From positions 100,938,001 through 101,002,000 of the forward strand of contig NC_087436.1 in assembly GCF_036321535.1 (NCBI RefSeq): a DNA stretch of 64,000 nt. The letters run 5' to 3'. Shown here in pieces: positions 23,804-37,160 of the stretch. Each line of letters begins with the position of its first letter. Positions within the stretch are counted from its first letter, which is position 1. A model generated the notes under the pieces. That model did not search any database and had not been told where the DNA came from. It was given only the letters and a program-made list of their open reading frames with translations. Source of the DNA: Camelus dromedarius. Lineage: Eukaryota. Position numbers and translations under genes: made by a program.

Positions 23804-24879
23804 ATTTTAATGACTATACATCTACATGGCAGAAATTAGTATTTCATGGTTTTAATGCTCTTTTTTTCTGAGAAGCATCAATCCAAGCTTCCAACCAAAT
23901 GGACATCAAGTTCTGCAGAGCCTCTGACCTGCTTCTCCTAAGCCATGCCTCATGACCGTCCCCAGCCCTGCTTTCTATGACATTGTCCTTCCTGGGGTTA
24001 GAACTTCCTCTCTTTTATATCTGAGCATTTCTTCTATATCCAACTCCTCCTAAATCCTAAATATGATTCCCAGGAGCTTTGTTTTGGATTCACAGTCTTT
24101 CTTTGCTACACTGTAACATAAGGCAGAGAAACCCTATGGCATGGATTTTATACATAACCATTCTTCTGTAATTTCAAAAAAAAAAAAAAAAAAACAGAAA
24201 GGAAGGAAGAAAAGAAGGAAAAAAATTGACCCTTAAGTGACAGCAGGCGGGGAGCAGGGAAGTGAGTGATTATGTCAGATCTCCTTTGCACTGATATTGT
24301 TTGAGGTTCCTACCTGCACACACACACGTATTATTTCACTTACTCCTAACAATAGGCCTGAAAATTAGGAATTCTCCTCAGTTTTATTTAGGAGTAATTT
24401 TAGGTTGAGAGAAAGAAATGTTGAAATTATACTAATTTATAATAGAGCTGGAACCTGATCCTGGTTTGACTCTACATCTCTTGTTCTTCCTGCCAATTCT
24501 CTGAGAAGAGGGAGGTTTAGATGTCAGGATAAGACTAGGGATAAGAAATAGGTAACACATGCTGGAGCCTTATTTGAGTTCCACGGTCTGGTTTTACGAA
24601 CCCCAGAGCATTTCGAACTACAGTCAGCTTCCATGAGATGAGCAGTTCTGGCCTTACCGATAATCAGGTCTGAATGTGGGAGTCAAAGACTATGAGTTCC
24701 AGCCACGTCATCCTTGTGAATTCCTTCTCTGCTGTTAGACCTTGATCTCACCAGCCAGCCATCCCCTCCTCAAGTTCAGAAGTGTCATGCTAACATTTCT
24801 TAAGTCTTGTTCCGATGTCCATTGCAAACATTTTCCAGTTTCTGTTTCTCATTAGCTTTCTCTTACCAACTCCAGCCTC

Positions 24880-25205
24880 TGGGTCTAAGCAAAGATATTT
24901 GGCATCATTTTCCTAAGATTTTACTTCCATTTCTGTCACCTTGAACGTACATTTTCTCTCAAATGTTTTTCTTCTATCTTCCTCATCCTCCCCCTTCTTC
25001 TTAACTCCTAATCTCTTAGCTTCATTTTTCCCTAATTATCCTATCTACTTTGCACAGCAGCTTCTGGTGTTTATATATATTATTTCTATTGCTATGTGTA
25101 AGCTTTTTGAAAAGCAAACTCCAAGTTTGATTCAACACTGTGTTTCTCTCAAGGTCTAATGTGATGGCTTACACATAATAGCTTGTCAACTATACTCATC
25201 AAATT
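24880..25205 (+). mobile_element. L2 3' fragment
   Basis: Pyrimidine-rich stretch ending tgtaagctttttgaaaagca...ggcttacacataatag, similar to the L2 3' end. Confidence 0.45.
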
Positions 25206-26076
25206 GAGATACATCAAATATTTACAAGTCACATTCTATGGGAAAACTAAGCCCAGGAATGAGGGAGAATTTAAAAGTTCCACTTACCTCTCAAGCTGAT
25301 AAATCTGATTTACAGTTTAAATATCTGGGCTGAAATCACTTGAAACATCTAGGTTGTCTATCTTTGATCTAAGATCTATTTTTATGAAATAAACACATAA
25401 GAAACATACAAAATATTCAGTCATGCATTATTCTTAATGTATCTTTCTACTTCCCCATCAGGCTTCAGAAAGTGTTGTGCCTTGTTACCTAAATAGATTT
25501 AATGATACAGTAAGAAAAATTATGTACAACAAAACTAAACACTAGGAATTTTAGAGCCTCTTGTGTGAATTTTTAAAGTCATTACCTACTCTGCCGTTAG
25601 AAATAATCAGACATCAACTGTGCAAAATCACAAAATCTCTGTTGTGCCAAGAATACCTTTAGCAGTAAACCTAGGAGTTGTTTTCCACGTGGAGCACATG
25701 AGAATTGTAAAAATTATTATTAATACCCAAAGGGCACTTGCATACAACCAGCTGTTAGCAGAGTCTGTTGCTACAGAAAATCAAAAGGCTCATTACTATT
25801 AACTATTAAGGAGCCTTTCCAGTTTAAACACACACTTCATAAAAGGTAATTCAAAGGAAATATTCTCTATTTCACATCTTTATATGAAAATAATTCTCCC
25901 CCTACACATCAATTAAGCAAAACAAGATGTGTGGGGTTTCTAGTCCAAAGCACACGCACTTTTATAATTTCAAAACAATTAAGAAGATATTTCACCAAGA
26001 TGAAAGGTGTTGTTTTGTTTTGATCTTGTGTTTATTTCCTAAAGAAAAGAATTAACTTTCTCAATGAATTTTCTTC

Positions 26077-26483
26077 TGTGATAGAAACTGGTTATAGTCA
26101 TCCAACCATTTTGTTTATCCCCTTCCAGGGACTCCATATACCAGATTTCCCCACCTCCCTTGAAATTAGATACAGTCACATGACTGTCTGGCTAATGTGA
26201 TGGGGCTGAGAGACATGAGCCCCTTCCAGAACTGATCCATTAAAAACAAAAAAAAACCAAAAAACATGGTGCAGCTTCTTTTTCTCCCTGAGGAACTGAA
26301 AGGATTCCAAGGTCTCGGGGGAGGCCGGACCTACAAGATGGAAAGAGACTGGGACTCTGAACCCAAAGGAAAGTCACCCTCAGAACATCGCCAGTCGATT
26401 ATTGTATAAGCAGAACTTCAAGGACCTGAGTTAAATCTCTACAGTTCTGGGGCTGTTTATTACAGCAGTAATGCTGACCAACA
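26077..26483 (+). mobile_element. MaLR solo LTR (MLT1I/J/K-like)
   Basis: Starts tgtgatagaaactgg, has cacctcccttgaaattag...cacatgactg...ggctaatg, ends ggggctgtttattacagcag. Confidence 0.7.
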
Positions 26484-27504
26484 AAACTTCAGAAATGCCT
26501 TTTCAAAACTATAGAGTTCTTTTAATTTGGTGAAGGTTTTTTCCCTCAGCCCGTTCTGGTCAGGGATAATTCCCTCAAAGACTCTTTGAAAGGGGGACGA
26601 GGGAATGAAGCATCTTTGAGCTGTGATGGATCCAGTATGTGTTAGTCATGCAAATCCCTAGGGGCTGTGTGAGCTCACTCAGGAAAACAACTGAAACTGT
26701 CTTAATAGAGGTAATACATCTAATTCCCTAGGTCTCTGCCATCAGAGACCCCTTGTTCATGCTCATTACTTGTCAAACAAAACTGGCCAATTTACATCAA
26801 GATACCTTTTCTTTTTCCATGCATGATTTTATCATACAGCCTGAGTAAATCAGTATGAAATATTGGTCGTTCCCGTTATTCTTTCACAATACTTTCCAAA
26901 TGAGTTATTTTACTTTGAAATGTAGCATAGAAGAATAATGTTTTCCAAAGAACACAGCTATCTTCTTTGGATTCTACCATTCAAAAGGCAAAATCAAGGA
27001 AGGGAGGAGGAGGGAAAAAACAATCAATTTGGATGAGAATCTCCACTGCACACAGTCAGTGGGTAGAAATCAATGTGAACCCTAGTCAAACACAGATTTC
27101 ACAGGGGGAACCTATACAGCCCTGCATTACTCAAACAAATGGTTAGCGCCACTATGAACAACTGTAACGAGGCCTGGATGGTGCTGTATTAAAGCCAGCA
27201 GGATCCTACTGTTAATTTGCTGAACCAAGACTGCTGGGTGTCCTAGCTCATGCCACTTTACAGCAGATGGAATTTAGCTTCAGGATCTACCCCTCTTCTG
27301 TAAAGTCTACACTGACGTAGTTCCTCATCCTTTCATGGTTTCCCGTGCGCTGAGAGAGCGCACCGGATGCTGGAGAGGGCTTAACAGGTCTTCACAACTG
27401 CAGGGGTTCCCAAGTTTACTGCGAAACTGGGAAGTGGAGCTTGATTTGCCCATAACATGGTGAAGGCTGCTTCGGGGTCCAGTGCCTCTAAACAACTCAT
27501 GTCT

Positions 27505-27548
27505 CACACACAGACACACACACACACACACACACACACAGTCACACA
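27505..27548. repeat. (CA)n microsatellite, imperfect
   Basis: Seen directly. Confidence 0.95.
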
Positions 27549-28203
27549 CCTTGAAATAAAATCCAAATAATAACAAATGTCCTGTTTTTCATAACCTTTG
27601 CGGTCACTGCGTGATAGAAATCTCAGTAGGAGATTCCATTCATTTTGACATTGTTTGGATCCTCTGAGGAATGTACAATGTTCAGGCTGATCTTTGGTCA
27701 GTTTTTACAATGTTGAAATGGAAATGTAGATTAGAAATTAGGTTATTTTTGTGTGGATCAATGGGGCTTTATGGATCTATTTATATAGTTTTTACATGTA
27801 GATACACTGATCTATTTTTTAAGAAAAAATACTAAGCTGCAGTTATCTCTGATGTTATCAACAAGTTACTCCATTTTGTTTGCCAAATTGTTTTTAAGAC
27901 GCAAAATTTAATAAATCTCATATGTGCTCACAATTGACACATCAATCAAATACCATTGAAAGTATTTTCAAAAGCGAAAATCACCAGAAATCCCACTGCC
28001 TAGAGAGAGCTACGATGGGAATCTAGGAAATTTCCTTCCAGAATTCCTCCTGCTTCGCCCTACTATTTTTTTTTTTTTTTCGCCTTTTCTCCCTGCTGCA
28101 AGTCCACTTTCTTTCCTGCTCTCACGGGGACCTCCAGCTCCTGGTTCCTAGCACAGCATACCGCACACCATGTAGGATTCTTTCAGGTGCTCGTCAGTTT
28201 CAC

Positions 28204-28206
<3 letters not shown>

Positions 28207-28254
<48 letters not shown>
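28207..28254. repeat. (GT)n microsatellite
   Basis: Long perfect GT run, seen directly. Confidence 0.97.
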
Positions 28255-28257
<3 letters not shown>

Positions 28258-28269
28258 TGTTTAACAGAT

Positions 28270-28387
28270 GTTCCCTCCAGTTAACTATGGGTTCCATGAA
28301 GGCAGGAACCCTGTCTTTATCAATCCTCTGGTCCATGGCCTCACACAGAGTGGAATTCAATCATTATTTTTACTGACTAAATGAATA
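28270..28387 (+). mobile_element. L2 3' terminus
   Basis: ttccatgaaggcaggaaccctgtc...ttcaatcattatttttactgactaaatgaat matches the canonical L2 end. Confidence 0.75.
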
Positions 28388-30399
28388 CAATGTGATCATA
28401 CATTTTTAACTGTTTAAAAACCCCTTCTTATGTCAATAAATAAAACTCTAGCAAATTTGAAGGTCATATATTTCATTTTTAGAGTATAATATATTTAATG
28501 ATATTCACATGCAGGCATTCTCTCTCTCTTTTATTCCCCCAGTTACCCACAGCAGTGTGCTGGGCACCAGTGTAGGACACACATTTGAGAACTGATCTCC
28601 TTCTTAGGATCAATGACTTAAGCTGGAATGTTGGATCAAAAGTTAGACATATTTACCAGTGATTCATGTTTCTGAACTATGTCATCAAAGGTTGTGTGGA
28701 TTTAAATAGTCTCACCCAGTATAAATGAAAGTGTCTGTTTCTCTTCAATTTTATCATAACTGAATACTATACCTCTATTTTCACCTTTGTTAGTTATAAA
28801 AAGAAAAATCTAGACTAGAGATATTCAGCTATTTCTTTATAAATTTTGGCCATTTTTCTGATGTATTTTTTTAAACAAGGATTTTAGCTTCAAACTATAT
28901 CTTAATCTTCTTATGAACTGGGTAGGAGATTTAAAAAAAAATCATGGAGAAACAAGCTGCAAAAAAAAAAAAAATACCTAAGGAAACAATTGCCTCAATT
29001 TGTGTCAGGTACTATATATGAGATACTGTAAATTCTCGGTAGATTTAGAACCATCATGTAAGGGTCCCAGGTGATTGCAGATTTTGGCTCAAATGTCTAA
29101 TTCTACCAAATGTACCTAATTTACAAAACTCCTAGCTCAAATTTTATAAGAACGGAGAATACAACGGGCAGTGCTTCAAGGCTTGGGTTATGTTTGTGAG
29201 ACTGTAAATGACAAAAACAAGGAAACAGAAGATGCCATATTTAGGTCCTGATCTGAAAAGTGTTAGGATAGTGTCAGGATATGGAGAAGGTGCACGACAG
29301 TGAGGATGCAGTTGAAGGATATTAAGGAAAACACTGGTACGTGGGATGAAAAATGTTGAGCAGAGTCAGGAACTTTGTCTTTGACAACTTAGTTCACTTG
29401 TCTTTTGGTCTGGGTTCAGTGACCTTTGTTTTCTCATCAGGGTCTTTTTTTTCACAGACCACATTGGTGAATATTTTCCTTTTACTGATTCAGCTGAACT
29501 GAAAAATAAAACTGAGATAACTGATACAGGAAGAAACTCAAGTCAGGCTAAATATATCAGAATTTTGCAGAGGAAAATTTTCATTATCCTGTCAATCACC
29601 ACATGCTGATAATCTTCTTTTCCAGCCTTTTCTCCAAGTTAATTAAGATTTCCAAATATTCATAAGTGCCAAAGGTTTAAAAAATAAAGTTTCCTGCTTT
29701 GATGTTGTAAATCTGGGAATTATTAAAACTGTCTAATTTCTAATTAAAACAATGTTGAAACTGGCTTTAAGTTACTTAGGTAAATGGAAAGTTTCATTGC
29801 TGTCATATTATTGCACAGAAACAGTACTGTGTTTATTTGAGGTAAGATATAAAAAGGCTCTTGGGTTAGTAATTGCACTTTGTGCTGCCATCATTTTAAG
29901 GCATATATATCGCTCAACTCTGTACCTGTATTCAAGTATGGAATCAAAGTATCCGCAGCTCCAGGAGAGTTCCTTATTTATTCCCATTTTACTAAGCATT
30001 ATTTTAATTTCGTCCTCTCTGTATTGTTTCCACCACAGCAACTAATCAAATAGACCACACTGCTTTTGTGGTGCTGCTGTTGTTGTTCAGTGTTGGTGGC
30101 GGTGATGGTGGTGACAGTGTGTGTGTACAGAGTTAAATTTTGATGAATACATTTATGTAAACTTTGTGTGTGTTTGTGTGTGAGAGTGTGAGTTCACACG
30201 AGGGTGTCTGCTGAGATGCATTACATACACATTCCTCACCATGTCTGAGTCTATCTTTGTATGTACTTGCACATAAACTATATACATATGTTCACATGGG
30301 CGTGTGTGTGTCTATAATATACATATGTTAAGTGAGTCTTCATACCATAAGTTTCAGGAAAACAAAGATAACCTCTTTAATTTCTTCTATTCAGGGCAT

Positions 30400-30536
30400 C
30401 TTCACTCAGTCAATAAATGAATCTGAGGGCCCATTAGGCGGTAGGTACTAGGAACTGTTTATATGTTCCCATATATGTGGGATCTGTGAATGAGCACAGC
30501 TAACAAAATCCTTGCCCTCATTAGCTTAAATTGTAG
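30400..30536 (-). mobile_element. L2 3' fragment
   Basis: ttcactcagtcaataaatg...aacaaaatccttgccctcattagcttaaattgtag is the reverse L2 end. Confidence 0.6.
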
Positions 30537-31129
30537 CCCTTATAATTCTATGAGCAGAATGCATTTAAATCATTTGAAAATAATACCTATCACTTAATTC
30601 AGTTCTTCATTGGTCACATAAATTGTCTCTCATGTCAACTATCATCCAAAGGATAGAGTTAATCCAGTATTTTGGAAGATAGCAGAATCCAGATTGTGCC
30701 TAGAAAGAGGAGGTACAAAATCACTGCTTCTTGGATCTGTTACAGCCTGTTCAGCAAGTAGCTCTGCTCTCTCACACCACATGGCCACACTTCTAAACAG
30801 CTTTATCTAAATGAGCTCCCACATTAATGAAGAAAATTATTAGCCATACACTGTCTAGAAGGTCTCAATGTTGTAAACAAAAGGAATACAAAACATACAC
30901 ACACCCCCCTCTACCCACACACTACAAAACAACACTTATTCTCAACTGTTTGCCTCGAGGCACCCTATTGGGATAATTCATGTGAGAATTCTTTTTAGTG
31001 AGTTTTCCTATATATTGATTTCAATTTTTTAAATTTAATTTCATACAGACAGACCATCAAGTAATAATTTCCTCAACAAATCCTCCACATTTTATTATAA
31101 CACTATTCATGATGGCTGCCCACTTATAG

Positions 31130-31232
31130 CAAGGCCGCTGCATTGCGTGGATCCAAGGGCACTACTTCCACTGTAGTTCATGTGAATGGCGCCCCCAGCG
31201 TTGGTTGAAGTACACCCCACAGCTGAGCTCCA
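31130..31232. mobile_element. MER91-like palindromic hAT MITE remnant
   Basis: caaggccgc...tccaagggcact...catgtgaatggcgccccc resembles the MER91A consensus. Confidence 0.6.
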
Positions 31233-32819
31233 GGTTTAAAAGATGGCCCTTTCTCCTCTCCTGACTAATAAAATCAATAGCAGTGTTTTGTCAGCAAAAT
31301 CTGTCTTTTCAGTTACTTGCTTTGCAAGCTCCTGTAGTAAATCATATGCTTGTAAAAACACCAGGAGTCAACTTTCAGGAAGAATTATTTAAAAAAAAAA
31401 CTCAAAGAATGTTTCAAAACCTGTTTCTTAAAGCAATCTCTTCTATAAAGTGGTTTTAAGGACCCATATCACCCTTGTAATCTAATATTCATCAATGTGT
31501 AGATATTGCATTACCAATTATAGATATTCAAAGTATATATTTTCTCTGGGTCATTTGGGAATTTGAACATGTTTTGCACATTAACAAGAAACTGTAAAAA
31601 TAACCTGAACATCACCCTTTAATAGGTATTACTTTAATATTCTTGTGCGTTTAGAAACTAATTCATTATATTTTTGTAGTAACTGGTTGGATTTGGCAGG
31701 TGGACTGCTGGCCTTGAGTAGTTTAATTGCATAAAATATAATGGATTATATTACACCCACCATTCCCGGCCCATCCGCTTCATTGCCAGAAGCTATGTAT
31801 CTTGGTAACTGTAACCACATCACAAAATTAATCTGTGAAAATTAATGAATGCACATATGAACATAATTAATAGATTTGATTCTAAAATAAATTTAAGTTG
31901 GATTTTGACATTTTATGTATTAACTGAAATCTGTTCTTACACATGTGAGCTATAATTCAATTAACTTTCTGAAGATCCTCCTATGGGTGAGGCTTTATAC
32001 TAGGCAGTTCAAGACGGAGAAGGAGAAAACCAACACTGTCACTACCTTTGAGAGTTCATAATATAGGATGGGGGGACTAGTTTTATTAAAGACCCACACA
32101 CTAGTAGTTTTACTCGATGAGAAAATAATGTGTTAAGTGATACAATGCAGGCATGAATAAAAGATTTACGTGGGAGTTGAGAATTAGATTCTGGGTAGTG
32201 TGAGATGTTAGAAGAATTAATGGACAAGGTGGAATTTGTACTGGATCTTAATGGATGCCCAAGGATTTTCGATGTCACTCTTGAAAAATATGCCATCATA
32301 TACACATTTGCGTGGGAATTCTTGATTAATAGGGACAAAGTATTGCATGGTTCGTGTAACTTTTTTTTCCCCATTTGATAGACATATCACTTACTATGTC
32401 AATAATCTATAAAACACACTGGAAATCATCACCTGAATATTCGAAGTACATCTCTGTGAGGTTGTATTATACAATTATCGTGGACTTGGCATTTCATCAT
32501 AAAGTGCTGACTTGAAAGTATAATCGCCAATTGTATTTATGTGCACGATAAAGCAATCGGTAGTTTGCTAAGTTTAAGCACACTGATTTTCTGATAGAAA
32601 AAGACAGGGCATGAAAAGGAGCTGTTGCCTTTATGAGAAAAAATAGGTATGAAACCCAAAAGAACTTTCTCTTTGCACATCTGGAGAGTTCAGCCATCAA
32701 TGCATATCCAGGTCCAGACATGGTACCAAGGTGCCATCATCAATGACATGGCAATATACTATGCTATATTGCATCTTCACTGACGAGGCACTTAGTTGAC
32801 TTTAAAAACATACATTATT

Positions 32820-33120
32820 TATTTATTTTACTCATTCATTCTATAAATATTGATTGTCTTCCATAGACCAGGCAAGACAATCTCTCTTCTCTCATTAGCT
32901 TACATTTAGTAGTAGGGCACACATACAAAACAAATAAATAAACAAGTATTCATCAGGTAATGATGAACCCTGTGCAGGAAATTTAAAATCATGTGACAAG
33001 GAAGAAAATGAATGGGGGACTAGAGAGATGTCTCCTAAAGTGACATTTACTTGCAAACTAAATGATACGCCATTTTTGTCTAAGAGGTAGTCTTCCTGTG
33101 ATGTCATTTAAGGAAAGAGT
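32820..33120 (-). mobile_element. L2 3' fragment
   Basis: tcattcattctataaatattgattg...tctcattagcttacatttagtag...tctcctaaagtgacattt is reverse L2. Confidence 0.6.
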
Positions 33121-34242
33121 ATTACACCATTTTAAGGAATACATTACACACCTCAAGTTTTAGAGCTTTCTGTACATCGTTGGGAAGTGACAGAAAAAAA
33201 TGTATTCTCATTGGATATTTTGGCCCTAACAATTTATGTTAAGATAAAATTAATGTAGAATTGCAAAAGAAATGTGTGATTCATCAACTAGCCTGTGTGC
33301 TATTATATTTTCCTTTCCCTTCCTTTCCCAGCAGTCACCTCAACTCCTTCTCTCTCTTCTCCTGTTTCCTCTTTATTTCTCTTTTTTCGTCTTTTTATCC
33401 TACTTTTTTCCCATTTAAATTCCCACTAGGTGTAATACAAGCTGCTTATCATAGATTAGCTATAGAAACAAATAATTCTTAAGTATATTGCTATAAACCT
33501 TTTTTTGGGAAATGGAAAAGCAGTAATTTCAGGTTAACTCTCTGAATAAGAGCCAAGTAAATAACATTATTAAATGTCTCATTTTTTATGATTCTAAAGT
33601 TAAGTATATCTATATGTATTTCACACTTTCATAGCAGCATTTCAAACATTTTTATAATTCTGGTGTGTTTTCCTCATTTTTCCCCCTCTGGCTAGATTTT
33701 TGCTGTAAGATTTAAGTAGGCCATGTCCTCTTTTCTATAGCAATGCACACTTCTTTTAAATCAAGATTTTAAATGAGTTTACATTACAATATATACTTTA
33801 GCACTGAAAACAAACTTACTATTAACCAAATCATAATTAAAACTATTACTGTTTTCAGAAGTCTTCATAAGGTTTTCTTTGCTGTATTATTAGCCGAAAT
33901 TCCTGAGATAATTATTTGCAAATCACCACCTAAACTGGAAATCCCTAGAAAAAAAAATGTTCCACTTACAAGAGGTTATAAATAACACGGATGCCAATGT
34001 AACAGAATGGAATTCTATGTGACAGGGACATTACAAAATATCTTATTTATTCTACATATAAATTATTAAATTCCATAATTATTTAATCCTTTTCTCCAAG
34101 ACAGGGCCTTCCCTTATCACACACCATTGGTAACTGTAAACCATGTAATATACATGTGAAATTTATGTGACAAATAAGTCATAATAGCGCTCTGTGTATA
34201 TTATAGCTAGTCTCCTTTCCCAGAGAAAGATCATGGTGTGGC

Positions 34243-34286
34243 GCTCTCTCTCTCTCTCTCCCTCTCTCTCTCTCTATATATATATA
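34243..34286. repeat. Compound (CT)n(TA)n microsatellite
   Basis: Seen directly. Confidence 0.9.
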
Positions 34287-34887
34287 AAATCACAAAGAAC
34301 AAAGTCTCTCTGACTAGAGACTATGTTTTCCAGTTTTTAATCCACTTACAGAACTTCAAATGAAAACTCTGAGATTTAAACTATAACTATTGTTTCTAGT
34401 AAGATGATCTGGTGATAACTGACATTTGCTAATTCACTTGATGCCTGAACAAATTATAGGTTATTTGTAGTAAATGTTTATGTAATTAAAATATCTGACT
34501 AAAAAAGCAAGGATGTTATAATAAAAATAATACTTGCTTTGGATTAACTTAAATGATAATATCACTGGAAAAGTACACCTTAAGAAATCATTATATACTA
34601 GGAATACTGTTTTCAAAATCTTTTATATTCTATTTTGTACCTGTGGTTTGTAAATTTCCTTGACTACTAAGTATACTCTCAAACATTATAAGTAAATGAA
34701 TTATGCTTATAACTTTAAAATGTGACAGTTATTTGATAGCTAACTATTATAAAGCTGAGAGTTGACTAGACTGTACCTGATTATTCATCTAAAAAAAATT
34801 AAATAATCCATTTATACCCCTTATCCTTGTGGTTATCACCTCTTGATTCCCACCTCAGTCAGTTTCTGATTTAAAATGTATACAGAT

Positions 34888-35228
34888 GGAAACAACCTAA
34901 ATGTCCATCGACAGATGGATGACTAGATAAAGAAGCTGTGGCATATTTATACAATGGAATACTACTCAGCCATAAAAAATAATAAAATAATGCCATTTGC
35001 AGCAACATGGATGGACCTGGAGATTGTCATTCTAAGTGAAGTAAGCCAGACAGGAAGGAAAAATACCATATGATATCACTTATATGTGGAATCCAAAGAA
35101 AAAGAGACAAACTTATTTACAAAACAGAAACATACTCGCAGACATAGAAAACAAATTTCTGGTTACCAGGAGTGGAAGAGGGTGGGAAGAGATAAGTGGG
35201 GAGTTTAAGATTTACAGATACTTTTATA

Positions 35229-35284
<56 letters not shown>

Positions 35285-35509
35285 TATGATAGATTAAACA
35301 ACAAGTTCATAGTGTATAGTATAGGGAACTATATTCAATATCTTGTAGTAACTTATGGTGAAAAAGAATATGAAAACAAATATATGTATGTTCATGTATG
35401 ACTGAAGCATTGTGCTGTACACCAGAAATTGACACAACATTGTAAACTGACTATACGTCAATAAAAAATACATATATATGTATATATATGTGTATATATA
35501 TATACACAA
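34888..35509 (+). mobile_element. Young 5'-truncated L1 (ORF2 end + 3'UTR)
   Basis: ggaaacaacctaaatgtccatcgacagat...atggaatactactcagccataaaaa...gccatttgcagcaacatggatggacctggag. Perfect 15-bp TSD aaaatgtatacagat at 34873-34887 and 35510-35524. Confidence 0.95.
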
Positions 35510-35524
35510 AAAATGTATACAGAT

Positions 35525-35882
35525 CTCATTTATACCTGGAATCTAAAAACCAAAACAAACCAACAAAGCCACACAGAAACAAACTTACAGATACAGAGAG
35601 CAAAGTGGTGGTTGCCAGAGGGAAGGGCAGTGGAGAGTTGAGTGAAATGGGTGAAGCGGATTAAGGGGTAGAAAGTACTGGTTATAAAATAAATAAGCCA
35701 CAGGGATGTAACAGACATCATAAGGAATGTAGTCAGTAATACCTCAGTAATTTTGTGTGGTGACAGATGGTTACTGGACTTGTCGTGGCCATCCTTTCAT
35801 AATGTGTCTGATTGTGGGATCACTAAGTTGTACATCTGAAACTAACATAATATTCTGTGTCAACTATGCTTCAAAAAAAAAT
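35525..35882 (+). mobile_element. Older L1 3' end (different 3'UTR subfamily)
   Basis: ctcatttatacctggaatctaaaaac...gtggtggttgccagaggg...ttataaaataaataagccacagggatgtaa...tgtacatctgaaactaacataatatt followed by an A tail. Confidence 0.88.
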
Positions 35883-37011
35883 GAATAACATGTATACCAA
35901 CATTAGAAAGTGTCTTAATTGTGTGGAAGGGAGAAAAGAAGGAAAAAAAGAAAAGAAAAAGGAAAAGTAATGGTCCCAAAACCTAGAATTCTATTAAAAG
36001 TATCATTTATTAGCCTATAATCCAAGACACTTTACCAGACATTTAACAAGCTTGGAAAGGAGCCAGATATCAGGAATAAAGATCCCTGTTGAATTTTACA
36101 AACAGACCAAGTTCCAAGAATATTGTCCATATTTCAATTGACATACTGAATAGAAAAGCAATTTGATGCACTTTCTTACAGCAGCACAGTTCTTTAATAC
36201 CTTCGTATAAAATGGCTTAATGCATTTTTATCTTCCCATTTGATTTCTTTGATGAATAATCTAACAATACATTCCACATCTGCTACAAACTATGACCTAT
36301 GGTTGCCCTTGTCAATGGAACCTAATGTCTCTATTTACCTTGACTTACTTTGACCATAATGATTAAAAGAGAGATATAAGAACCCACAAAATGATAATGG
36401 GCTTGATTTTTCTGTATAGGTTCAGGAGAGGTAGTAAGTCAGCTATTTGGATGAGAAAAAATATATTTCAACATAGTTATCAGGGGAAGGTAAGGGGATT
36501 GGCACTCAATTTCTATCATGTCCGTATAATTTGCTTGTTTCCAAACTACTCTAAAGGTTGGAATTACCATCCTAATCTTTTTCTTATTTAAATACAGAAA
36601 GAGAGAAATGAGGCTCAAAATGATCAAATTCCTTCTGCAACAGTTTTCTTTATTACTTCCTGTACATGCAGGGCTGATTAAGCATTCGTCTAGATGTCTT
36701 TTTTTCTTGAAACTATTACATCTATTTAAAGCATATGGCAAGAGTTTAAAACTAGGCAAGTTACTTTATGGTTAAATGTTCTCTCAGAAGGCTTCAGAAT
36801 ACTGATTTTACACTAGGTGGGACACAAATATATTTTTAATATAAAAGCACAAGTTCTGAGTTAGAGCCCTTTTGAAAATGTAATTTTGACTTCTAACTCA
36901 TGGTGTCAAACACTAGAGATAATCAGATCAAGTTAAAGTTGATTCTTATTAATGTTCCTTGTTTCCCAATTCATTCAGGCCTGCTGCAATCATTAAGTAA
37001 AATGTTGCTTT

Positions 37012-37160
37012 TTAAAATGTTTTACTTATTTATTTATTGAAATAGCTCAGTTTTGAGGGGTCATTAGGTTTATTTATTTTTAATGGAGGTACTGGGGATT
37101 GAACCCAGGACCTTGTGTATCCTAAGCATGCATGCTACCACTGAGCTATACCGTCCTCCC
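37012..37160 (-). mobile_element. tRNA-Ala-derived SINE (camelid vic-1-like)
   Basis: ggggattgaacccaggacc (reverse B box) and ccactgagctata (reverse A box). TSD taaaatgttgcttt (36998-37011) / taaaatgctgcttt (37161-37174). Confidence 0.92.

Noticed and set aside
27325..27576. 83-aa minus-strand ORF
   Set aside because: It runs through a (CA)n repeat, has no recognisable homology and has no matching splice sites.
35084..35721. ORFs of 105, 71 and 63 aa
   Set aside because: They are read-throughs of L1 3'UTR and (TA)n repeats.
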